Sequence record: NC_028899.1
Length of the DNA: 64,000 nt
Direction: 5' to 3' (one strand)
Shown: positions 37,501 through 45,653 of the stretch, one piece after another
Layout of the letters: every line of letters starts with the position of its first letter
How positions within the stretch are numbered: the stretch's first letter is position 1
Notes under the pieces: model-generated
Database searches by the model: none
What the model saw: only the letters and a program-made list of their open reading frames with translations
Told to the model about the DNA's origin: nothing
Translations under genes and position numbers: made by a program

Positions 37501-37590
37501 AGCCTGAGATCTATATCGCCGGGGGAGACGCTTTGTTAGAGCCGCATACCGTAGGAGGTTGGAGCATGCGCTCGAACTCGATCTCAGACC
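37501..37590 (-). ncRNA. Candidate 90-nt sRNA with anti-Shine-Dalgarno and C-rich loops
   Basis: 11-bp closing stem; long hairpin with loop UCCAACCUCCUACG; second hairpin with loop UCCCCC; U-run after. GU pairs work only on minus. Confidence 0.6.
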
Positions 37591-37630
37591 AAAAAAAATA
37601 GAAGGTGAACTGTGAAAGCTTCACCCCCTT
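37591..37630 (-). terminator. Intrinsic terminator between the two small RNA elements
   Basis: GGTGAAGCT-TTCAC-AGTTCACC followed by TTCTATTTTTTTT. Confidence 0.7.
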
Positions 37631-37640
37631 ATTAAAGAGG

Positions 37641-37750
37641 TGCCCAGAACGCATACCCGTCGCCGCGGGCGCATCCTGATTGGGTCTGTGTCATCGCCTG
37701 CGTGCGTTCTCGCCGCGTGGCTATGAAATCAAGACGATCGTTCTGGGCAA
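37641..37750 (-). ncRNA. Candidate 110-nt structured RNA
   Basis: Perfect 11-bp closing stem TGCCCAGAACG/CGTTCTGGGCA; inner GTCTTGATT/AATCAGGAT, TCAT/ATGA, GCG-AGAA-CGC and GCCCG/CGGGT stems. Confidence 0.55.
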
Positions 37751-37775
37751 ATGATAAAGACTTTCTGTTATTTTT

Positions 37776-38552
37776 TTATTTCCTTTTCAACTCATTCTGC
37801 CATTGCCAACGGCGGCAACGATAGAAGTATCGAATCATCATCTCCTGAGGACCGGAGTCATCATTCGATGATGGTGCTCGGTTGGCGATCTGCTTCAATG
37901 TTTCCGTGCGACGCTTCACGTAATGTTCCGTGATCGATAACGTCATTAACGGATTGACGATTTTCTTACCGCCATCGTCTCCATCATAAACCACGAATTC
38001 ATCTTTGCCGTCTTCGCCGAGATTCCACCGACAGATCACGACACCTTCTTTCTCGTAATAGGTCCGTATTTGAGTATAGCAATACGGACCCGACTTGTAT
38101 TCGTTATCGTGGATTACGAGATCGTCGTGTTTGGTCACGAGCTGGAAATGGTTCCGACGCAGTTCAGTGTACGCACTGCGACCGGAGATCCGCTGATACG
38201 CCAGTTCTGCCGCCATGATCCGTTCTTCCTTTCTGGCTTCTTGCCAAGGAATGAATTCTTTCGAATTCATTTCATAGAAGACCGTGAGGATGAATTTCAA
38301 CAACCGGTTCTGACGATGTCCTTGCGGATGGGCTGTCTCAGGAAGAGAGAACAGTCGAAGCAGCCGCTCGTCTACCTTGAACTTGTCTTTATTCGCGATT
38401 TCGTGTTCATCATTCTCGCGAATGAAAGCAGCAGGCGCCAGGTACATCTTTCCGGCCAAGTTCCTGTCTGTCGGCTTATCCGAAAGAATCTCGGACAGCA
38501 TGAAGTAAGGCCCAGCCAGCGTATTGAATTCTTGAATGACTTGCAGTAACAT
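37776..38552 (-). CDS. Hypothetical protein (258 aa)
   Basis: ORF with AGGAGAGG RBS. Confidence 0.7.
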   Translation of the reverse strand: MLLQVIQEFNTLAGPYFMLSEILSDKPTDRNLAGKMYLAPAAFIRENDEHEIANKDKFKVDERLLRLFSLPETAHPQGHRQNRLLKFILTVFYEMNSKEFIPWQEARKEERIMAAELAYQRISGRSAYTELRRNHFQLVTKHDDLVIHDNEYKSGPYCYTQIRTYYEKEGVVICRWNLGEDGKDEFVVYDGDDGGKKIVNPLMTLSITEHYVKRRTETLKQIANRAPSSNDDSGPQEMMIRYFYRCRRWQWQNELKRK

Positions 38553-38597
38553 CTTTGCCTCTCCTTTTAGGTAAGTAGGCCAAACTACGTTTTGAAA

Positions 38598-39107
38598 TTA
38601 AAGCTCGACAAAGTCGATCTTCGGACCATGTCTGAGTGAGCCACACCACTCGCTGCTATCACGCAGCTTACCATGAATGGTGGAAAGAATGATCCCGGCA
38701 CGATCAGACTGGCGGTAATACAACTTGGGAATCCACATGTTGCATTCAACCGCGATGTTGTCGACACTGACCAGTGCATTGACCGGCAGCATGTGATCGG
38801 TACGGCCCATGTTGTCACTATCGTTCAGCGCTTCTGCCATTTTCAAGAAGGTATTGCGCTGAGTCGTGAGAAAGCCATAGGCCGGATCATACACGCCGCA
38901 GTCTTCTGCCAGCTGATTGTTCTCGTTGACGAGTTTGATACACTCGTCGTAGGAAAGGGGGCCGATTCTGTCAAGATACACTGAAAGCACCATTTCGGCG
39001 CGGCGCTTCAGTCGTTCACTGCCTGGACCACGATCCTCCATCAGGTCCTTCAATTGTTGTTCACGGCGAAGACGCAGTTGGTCTTCGACTTCTTGTCGAG
39101 AAAGCAT
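38598..39107 (-). CDS. Hypothetical protein (169 aa)
   Basis: ORF in a tightly packed minus-strand operon. Confidence 0.7.
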   Translation of the reverse strand: MLSRQEVEDQLRLRREQQLKDLMEDRGPGSERLKRRAEMVLSVYLDRIGPLSYDECIKLVNENNQLAEDCGVYDPAYGFLTTQRNTFLKMAEALNDSDNMGRTDHMLPVNALVSVDNIAVECNMWIPKLYYRQSDRAGIILSTIHGKLRDSSEWCGSLRHGPKIDFVEL

Positions 39108-39110
39108 TTT

Positions 39111-39800
39111 TCAGCCCTTGTAAAGTTCGAACAACTCGGTGATCAAATCCGATTTGTCGATTTCACCCAGCTCGTATTCGTTGTAGATCGTGCTGGCATC
39201 CATGTACAGATCGTGGACATTGCCAGTGACGGGCCAACGCTTACCTTTTACGGTAAGAACGGAATGGTCAGGAACTTCTTCGCCTTGCATCGCCATCAGC
39301 AGGCGACCATTCATCGGGTGTTCGTAAATCGACAACGGTTCCAGATGCGACAGCATGTCGATACCCACGACGATCTGGTTCGTACTGTCAGCGGCGCGAG
39401 CGCGTTGCACTGCCATGACGCTCAGGCCCAACTGATTGAAGCGAACCCGATTCTCTATCTGGCGCAGATAATCGAAGACGCCTTTCATCAGCACACTCGA
39501 CGCGGGGTTGCTCGCAACGAATGCCATTGCTTCGAAGCCATCGGTTGAGGGATGGATGAACAGATGCTGCAACGGCACACCGTAAAAGCTCGGTTTCCAT
39601 TTGCCCTGGTGTTCTTTGACAAACGAATGGCCAAACGGTCCGACGTGCATGAACTCTTGCAGCAGGAAATCGACGACGAAGTTCAGTTCATCGTCTTCGG
39701 GAGCATCGGGGTCACGCATGAACCAGAAGTCGGTGGATCGGAAATTGATTTCCTCTTCCATCTGGTCGTAGCGTTCTTTGTGTTCAGAACCTAACAACAT
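39111..39800 (-). CDS. Hypothetical protein (229 aa)
   Basis: ORF with GGAGG RBS. Confidence 0.7.
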   Translation of the reverse strand: MLLGSEHKERYDQMEEEINFRSTDFWFMRDPDAPEDDELNFVVDFLLQEFMHVGPFGHSFVKEHQGKWKPSFYGVPLQHLFIHPSTDGFEAMAFVASNPASSVLMKGVFDYLRQIENRVRFNQLGLSVMAVQRARAADSTNQIVVGIDMLSHLEPLSIYEHPMNGRLLMAMQGEEVPDHSVLTVKGKRWPVTGNVHDLYMDASTIYNEYELGEIDKSDLITELFELYKG

Positions 39801-39850
39801 AGGCCCTCCATTTAAGTAGCCAACTGATTAGTGCTGGCATTAGAAAAAAA

Positions 39851-39874
39851 GATCCCGTCGTACTGACCGGGATC
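39851..39874 (-). terminator. Intrinsic terminator
   Basis: GATCCC-GTC...GAC-C-GGGATC followed on minus by a T7 run. Confidence 0.65.
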
Positions 39875-39926
39875 GGATATTAAGTGCCTACCCATTATCT
39901 CGCGAACGAGATTGGGAGCCGCCATA

Positions 39927-40580
39927 CTACTTGTTCAGCATTTCCTGCTTCTTGGAGTAACGCTGAGTGGCGTTGAAGAAGAACGACTGCATCGACACGA
40001 AGAAGTTTTGCTTGCGCTCACGCGGCATATAAACTTCGTTCTTGCTGCGGTCGTATTCGAAACCGAACAGCCGACAGGCCATGACGAAGTCATACTGACA
40101 GCCTTCCGACCAGACCGGTTCCATGCCGATGAATTCGCGTGCGCCGGAAACATCCGACGTGCAGGCCAAAACTCCCGCGAAGCCGTTTTCCGTAAAACTG
40201 TAGCGATCGTGAATGATCACGTTCATACCAGGAACAACAACGATGATGTACAGCCGCCGATGAGTCCTTTCGTCCAGGAAACGAACCGTCTTGCCTGCCA
40301 CCACGGTCTCGCCATCATGGCAAACAAAGGTAGCCGACGCCAGCGGATCGAAGTATCCGGTACTGTTGCTGACTTCTTCTGTCGGCAATTTAGCGGTGAT
40401 CTCGTAATCCGCATGCATGCAGCCGACGGCGAAGAGATTGTTCAGACCCGCAATCTTGTCGCGACCCTGATCGTAGTTGCTCTTCATCGAAGCCTCGACA
40501 TCGCTGTCGTGTACGCGTACAACAAGGATCGAGTCGGCATTCGAATCGGCGAGAACGGCGGCATTTTGGTTTTGGCTCAT
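39927..40580 (-). CDS. Hypothetical protein (217 aa)
   Basis: ORF with GGAG RBS. Confidence 0.7.
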   Translation of the reverse strand: MSQNQNAAVLADSNADSILVVRVHDSDVEASMKSNYDQGRDKIAGLNNLFAVGCMHADYEITAKLPTEEVSNSTGYFDPLASATFVCHDGETVVAGKTVRFLDERTHRRLYIIVVVPGMNVIIHDRYSFTENGFAGVLACTSDVSGAREFIGMEPVWSEGCQYDFVMACRLFGFEYDRSKNEVYMPRERKQNFFVSMQSFFFNATQRYSKKQEMLNK

Positions 40581-40639
40581 GTTATTTCTCCAGGTAAATT
40601 ATGGCAGGGAAATATCCCCATTAGGTTTTGCTTCTACTG

Positions 40640-40867
40640 TCAGACAGCAGCTTGGAACGTCAGAGTGTCGATCTTACCGACGCGGTAAAGGGCGCGTTCA
40701 ATACGCAGCAAGCGGTGATCGATTTTCTTGCTAACGGCCATAAAACCACCAAGGCTAATGCCTGAGGTGCGAGCTGCTTCCTTAGCTGCTTTCAGTTCTG
40801 CATACTTCGCGAACAGCTTGTTAACGCGAGTAGCGAAGGTGATCTTTTTCAGAATGTTCTTAAACAT
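40640..40867 (-). CDS. Small basic early protein (75 aa)
   Basis: ATG at 40867 with CGGAG RBS, directly downstream of the early promoter motif. Confidence 0.65.
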   Translation of the reverse strand: MFKNILKKITFATRVNKLFAKYAELKAAKEAARTSGISLGGFMAVSKKIDHRLLRIERALYRVGKIDTLTFQAAV

Positions 40868-40931
40868 GTTGTTCTCCGAATGACTACATTTTGGAAGGTA
40901 TCTCTGCTTTCTTTTGCAGAAGGTCACCGGA

Positions 40932-40952
40932 GTTATATATAGTTGAAAATCT
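40932..40952 (-). promoter_or_regulatory. Putative early promoter
   Basis: Minus strand AGATTTTCAACTATATATAAC. Confidence 0.65.
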
Positions 40953-40985
40953 TTATAATGAGATTTTAAAGACAAAAAAATAAGC

Positions 40986-41015
40986 ACACTACCAGGGCGT
41001 GAGCCCTGGTAGTGT
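40986..41015 (-). terminator. Intrinsic terminator after the helicase
   Basis: ACACTACCAGGGC-GTGA-GCCCTGGTAGTGT; T7 tract on minus. Confidence 0.8.
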
Positions 41016-41020
41016 ATGCT

Positions 41021-42631
41021 TTAAACGCCGAGTGTTGACGTGTGATGCATCGTCGTGGAGATCAATGCTCGTTCTTTCATCAGTTCCCGTTTGGACCGAT
41101 GATAGGTCATGTGCTTCGCAATGTTCATGCACACAAAGTACACAAACGTCGGAACACGATCCGAACCGTAAAGTCTCTTGAGATCGCGTAAGCGGCCAAG
41201 ACTTTGGAGGTTGGACTGAATCGAATCGATAGCAACCGTCAAGATCACCGTCGTCAGATTCGGGATGTCGATAGCAGTGCCAGCCTTTTGCAAGGTAGCG
41301 ATGATCACATCCGCCTGCAGAGCTTTCTCTAAAGAGTCTCCCTGGTTGTATTTCGCGAACGTCAAGTCAGGCATCATCTGCTTGTAGTAAAACATCGCGT
41401 CTTCGCACATCTTTCGAGTTGCAAAGTAGATGAGACACTTTTCGCCTGGCTTTCTTTCGAAGAAGTACGTCTTGCGCATTACATCGTACACCATCAACAA
41501 ATACTGCTTGAACAGTTTCGTTGATCGCTGCAAAGACTTCTCAAATTCCACATGGGAATATGATGTTCTTCCACGGGCCGTAGTCTTAAGACGACGAGGC
41601 TCATGGATGTCATACAACCACGCGATAGATCTGATATACTTCTTGTACTCAGGAACGACCATCCGGTTTTTATTCGGATAAGCCATCTGGTACATGTCCA
41701 TCATGAACTGATTGCGGCTAATCAGCGTAGCGGACAAAGAAAGTGACTGCTCGATGTGGCAATACAAATCGAACAGGAAGTTCGCATGAAAGTCCTGATG
41801 CGTTTCGTCAATGATTCGAAAACCAAAGCCGCATGCCTGCATGAACTCCCAGGGATAAATTCTGAACCCAGGAACATATTCGCCAGGAGGCAATTTCTCA
41901 TGTTCCGTGATCCAGTTACGCATCGTGGCGTTTGAGATCAATACGATCGTTGGTTCCAGCCAACCATCCATGAGACCATTAATCAGCCACTGCAACCTCG
42001 CAGATCCACCATCGTTCTTTTCTCCACCAATGGTGATGACCTGAGTGGGTGCGATATCGCACTGTTTACTGATGTCCTCGACCCACTTATCCAGGTAACC
42101 TGGCTTCATGAAGCCGACTGTTCTCAGACCCCAGAATGCAGCCGCGAACAGCGACAAAGCGGATTTACCGCCACCGGTCTGGAGACCTAACAGTTTTGAA
42201 ACGATGTCAGGATTCTTCAACTGCTCAAGGATCGGTACTTGATCGTCGAACGGTTTAAAGTGATCCTTAATCTTGATTTCTACTTTTGCCGATTCGTAGA
42301 CCGGCTCAATTGTGTAAGTTACATCCTCGGGTTTCGCGCCTGCTCGCTCCAGGATTTTCTTGAAGTCGGGCAAGCTGTTAATGTGAAAACGGTACTCCAG
42401 ATCGGGATGCCCCCAATCGTATTCGAGCGGAGGTTCGTTTATACTTGTTCTTGTCGGCGGAGAAGAGTAGGAATCTTTGAAGTCGAGATACTTCTCGCCT
42501 CCTGCTTCATCCCAGTCCCAATACTCGAACCAGGAAGCAAATTTTCCCACGATCTTCCGCGCCGCCGGAGAGGGTTCGCCAAACTTCACCGTGTAGTGAT
42601 GGCTAAACACTCTGACGATTAGCTTACTCAT
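41021..42631 (-). CDS. Superfamily 2 (DExH) helicase, phiKZ gp75-like
   Basis: Walker A LQTGGGKS, IIDETH, LSAT, TAIDIPNL and QSLGRLR motifs. Confidence 0.9.
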   Translation of the reverse strand: MSKLIVRVFSHHYTVKFGEPSPAARKIVGKFASWFEYWDWDEAGGEKYLDFKDSYSSPPTRTSINEPPLEYDWGHPDLEYRFHINSLPDFKKILERAGAKPEDVTYTIEPVYESAKVEIKIKDHFKPFDDQVPILEQLKNPDIVSKLLGLQTGGGKSALSLFAAAFWGLRTVGFMKPGYLDKWVEDISKQCDIAPTQVITIGGEKNDGGSARLQWLINGLMDGWLEPTIVLISNATMRNWITEHEKLPPGEYVPGFRIYPWEFMQACGFGFRIIDETHQDFHANFLFDLYCHIEQSLSLSATLISRNQFMMDMYQMAYPNKNRMVVPEYKKYIRSIAWLYDIHEPRRLKTTARGRTSYSHVEFEKSLQRSTKLFKQYLLMVYDVMRKTYFFERKPGEKCLIYFATRKMCEDAMFYYKQMMPDLTFAKYNQGDSLEKALQADVIIATLQKAGTAIDIPNLTTVILTVAIDSIQSNLQSLGRLRDLKRLYGSDRVPTFVYFVCMNIAKHMTYHRSKRELMKERALISTTMHHTSTLGV

Positions 42632-42708
42632 CGTGCAAAAAACCCCATAGGCATAGCTCAAAGGATTGAGCCACTGTATGTTTTATCGAGGTTCGATTAG
42701 AAAAATTA

Positions 42709-42732
42709 ATGGGAGAGCCGAAGCTCTCCCAT
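42709..42732 (-). terminator. Hairpin terminator
   Basis: ATGGGAGAGC-CGAA-GCTCTCCCAT (UUCG on minus), followed by TAATTTTT. Confidence 0.75.
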
Positions 42733-42738
42733 CCCTAT

Positions 42739-43563
42739 TTATGCTGCTGCGAACGGACGCTGTCCGCGCTTACCGTAGCCGTTCAAATAGAACTGCCTGA
42801 TGAAGTCGTGCAATTGAGGATCTTTCTCCATTGCTTCGCGCAGAGAGACCCAGCCCTCGTTCTGATAAACCTTTTGAATCTTCAACTGGAACGGTTGGGA
42901 CTTGATGTACTCGTCCGATTTTTTCAGTGGATCGTCATAACGAACGATATCCATCGGCGTTCCACCAACTGTCCACGACACTCGAACGGTTCGGATGTTC
43001 GGGTAGTAGTTCAGTGTTCGAGGTGTGTTGTAAACAACGCCAGGCAGGTCTTCCGGCATCCTGGTATAAACACCCTGACGTTCGTACTGGAAATCATTCT
43101 GCTCCAATACAGCCTGCAAGGAATCTTTACCGAAATGATGATAGGCTGCGGCGATCAGCATCAAAGTACGATCCGCAAAAATAACTTCCGGATTGAACTC
43201 TTTCGTTTCACCGGCAAACGGGCGCCAAAGCAACCGAGTGTACAGATGCAGCAGATACGTACGGCGCAGACCTGGTTCGAGACCGGACAAGCTTGCAACG
43301 CCGACCTCAACCATGTGGGTTGGAATATTGACACGGCGAACCTGATTGGGCTGTCTACCCAGCACGACAGCAATAGGAACGTCGAGGAAACGCGTGTCCG
43401 TACCAACACGGTAATTATCAAGATCTTTCTTATACGAAACGTAGAATGTCTTCACACCGGAACTTTGTGATTCCAGAATGACTCCTGTTTCTTCTTTGTC
43501 AGCAGCGACAAAGTTGAACATGTCGATGATCTTACATTCCATTACTTCATTGTGCGTTGACAT
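42739..43563 (-). CDS. Hypothetical protein (274 aa) inserted between the RNAP and helicase genes
   Basis: ORF with GGAG RBS. Confidence 0.7.
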   Translation of the reverse strand: MSTHNEVMECKIIDMFNFVAADKEETGVILESQSSGVKTFYVSYKKDLDNYRVGTDTRFLDVPIAVVLGRQPNQVRRVNIPTHMVEVGVASLSGLEPGLRRTYLLHLYTRLLWRPFAGETKEFNPEVIFADRTLMLIAAAYHHFGKDSLQAVLEQNDFQYERQGVYTRMPEDLPGVVYNTPRTLNYYPNIRTVRVSWTVGGTPMDIVRYDDPLKKSDEYIKSQPFQLKIQKVYQNEGWVSLREAMEKDPQLHDFIRQFYLNGYGKRGQRPFAAA

Positions 43564-43650
43564 CTTTTAAAAGCTCCATTACGGATTTACGCCCCCTAAA
43601 GCGGGAGCAAGGGAATAGCCGTTTTGACCCACGGCTGAGGGTTACTACAC

Positions 43651-45648
43651 TTACACCTTCGGCAACAACTCCGGATGGAGAATCGCATCCATCGGATGAT
43701 CAGGACGGTTTTTGTTGATGAACGACTCAACCGAACTGAAAATGATGGTGTGCTTTTCGAAAGCCATCGTAGCAGCGAGCGAGCGCATCGCCATGGCGCG
43801 AGACATAACGCCAATGCCTTTCTTACTCCACGGCTTAGGCAGTGCATACTGACCAGCAGCAGCCGAACGAACCATGATCCCATAAACTGCAACTTCGACC
43901 TGCGCCATGTTAATGGACAGTTCCTTGTTGAGCAGTTCGTAGGTATCGATGAGGAATGCATCCACGTCGGTAAACTGATCGCGAACTTCTTCCCGTTTCA
44001 CTTCCGACTCGATATGGGATTTGAATCCCAGCGAGAAGTCAATGAGCGAATCGTTCTTCATGGGAACATAAGCGAACGGTTTGGTGACATCCCATTTACT
44101 CATGTCGATCACGAAATTGTTCTTCGCGTCGATTTCCCAATACTGCTCCTTCACGTACTTGAGCATCTCGTGAGAGAAGCTTGCCATACGTTTGCCGGTG
44201 CCGAGGATGAACGGACGACGGTCAATGTACATGCCGTAATCCACTTCCAGCGCCATCGAGCCGATTTCCGTAATCCGATTGATCGAGACACGATCGATAT
44301 CGGTCAAGTACATCACGTCCGTCAACGACTTTCCTTCGTCGTGGCCGATGATCATCTTGTACGGCTTACCTTCCAGATGGTCTGTGAAGTAATACGAGAT
44401 TCCGTCCTTACCAACAGACAGGAACTTCGCATCTTCATCGACGACGCGCAGCTTTTGCACCACGCTATTTGCCAGGTAATGCTTTTTCGACAACTGACGC
44501 TGAATGATGAATGCGTACAGGTCGGTGGTCATCAGCTGACCGAGGTTGGTGCGTTTCGGGATCGTGAGACTGATCGCACCCAGACAGCACTCACACACGC
44601 CATTCGGATCTGGGTGAGCGCAGTGCAGGATGCTACGCATGTGGATGATTTGTCCGATCAGATGCTCGTCGGTACTCTTCAGTTCCATCAGCGTCTGGGA
44701 CGGATCCCTCGGGTCGTAGTAATACTTCCCGTCGAGCAGGTCCAGATCCGAACCAGTCAGATCGTTGTGCTCGCGAATCTTGAACGGGATGAAGCCCGTC
44801 GTCCCACAATCACCCGGATGCACATTCATCAGGATCTCGTTCAAGATCTCCTGACGCCGAGACTGATACACTGCATCTTCCAACTCGGCTTTGGTGGCTT
44901 CGATGGCCTGGGATGCCTTACGCGATTCGACCATGTTGTCATACAACGAGCGATGGCCGTCGGTATAATTCGACATCAGCGGATACTTGAAAATCTCTCC
45001 GCCCAGATCCTCGATATAACCAGTCGGTGCAATTGCTTGAACCAGCTGGTTTGTCTTGATGACGCCTGCACGAGCCATGCGGACCGCACGGTTGTTCTTG
45101 ATTTCGGGAATTTCCGATTTCGCGATTAACTTGGTGATGCCTTGAGTCGTTCCCAACACCGACTCTTCCGTGGGCCGCATCTTTTCGAGAAGCTCTGCGA
45201 TCTCGGGCACCCTGAACAACTTGATAACGTCTTTGATGGACACGGTCGAAACCGACGTACCCATCTTGACTGCCAGCAAATTGTACATGACATTCCCATA
45301 CTCGTAAAACTCTTTGGTGAGTTCTTCGAGCAGGTCGTAGTCACCGAAGCGGCCGGTCTTCTTGTACGCTTCGTAGATGTCCCAGTGCATGATGTTCAAC
45401 AAGTCCATATGCATGTTCTTGTGGAACGTCTTCTTCTTCATCGAATGCGAGATGTGATGTCGCATCTTCAGCGGGATCGGACGCTTGCGAATCCAATCCC
45501 ACATCGGCATCGTGAAGTTGGTTTCACGATCGTTGGTGAGCAGCTGGCCGTCCTCGAACTCCAGATAAAATTCACCCGTCAACACCTCGCTCAATTCACG
45601 AGATGAATATTGCAAGAGTTCCTGCGCTGGAAAGATAATGTCCGTCAT
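43651..45648 (-). CDS. rpoC: Non-virion RNA polymerase beta-prime C-terminal subunit (phiKZ gp74-like)
   Basis: ESRKAS...DAVYQSRRQ bridge helix, GDCGT, RSILHCAH...GVCECCLG zinc site. Confidence 0.9.
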   Translation of the reverse strand: MTDIIFPAQELLQYSSRELSEVLTGEFYLEFEDGQLLTNDRETNFTMPMWDWIRKRPIPLKMRHHISHSMKKKTFHKNMHMDLLNIMHWDIYEAYKKTGRFGDYDLLEELTKEFYEYGNVMYNLLAVKMGTSVSTVSIKDVIKLFRVPEIAELLEKMRPTEESVLGTTQGITKLIAKSEIPEIKNNRAVRMARAGVIKTNQLVQAIAPTGYIEDLGGEIFKYPLMSNYTDGHRSLYDNMVESRKASQAIEATKAELEDAVYQSRRQEILNEILMNVHPGDCGTTGFIPFKIREHNDLTGSDLDLLDGKYYYDPRDPSQTLMELKSTDEHLIGQIIHMRSILHCAHPDPNGVCECCLGAISLTIPKRTNLGQLMTTDLYAFIIQRQLSKKHYLANSVVQKLRVVDEDAKFLSVGKDGISYYFTDHLEGKPYKMIIGHDEGKSLTDVMYLTDIDRVSINRITEIGSMALEVDYGMYIDRRPFILGTGKRMASFSHEMLKYVKEQYWEIDAKNNFVIDMSKWDVTKPFAYVPMKNDSLIDFSLGFKSHIESEVKREEVRDQFTDVDAFLIDTYELLNKELSINMAQVEVAVYGIMVRSAAAGQYALPKPWSKKGIGVMSRAMAMRSLAATMAFEKHTIIFSSVESFINKNRPDHPMDAILHPELLPKV

Positions 45649-45653
45649 ACGAC

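Noticed and set aside
37553-37601. Plus-strand AGGAGGT RBS + ATG giving an 11-aa peptide (MRSNSISDQKK), or a CsrA/RsmA-sponge reading with GGA in loops
   Set aside because: The four GU wobbles become A-C mismatches on plus, the surrounding operon is minus, and no plus-strand promoter is seen. This is kept only as an alternative to the anti-SD sRNA model.
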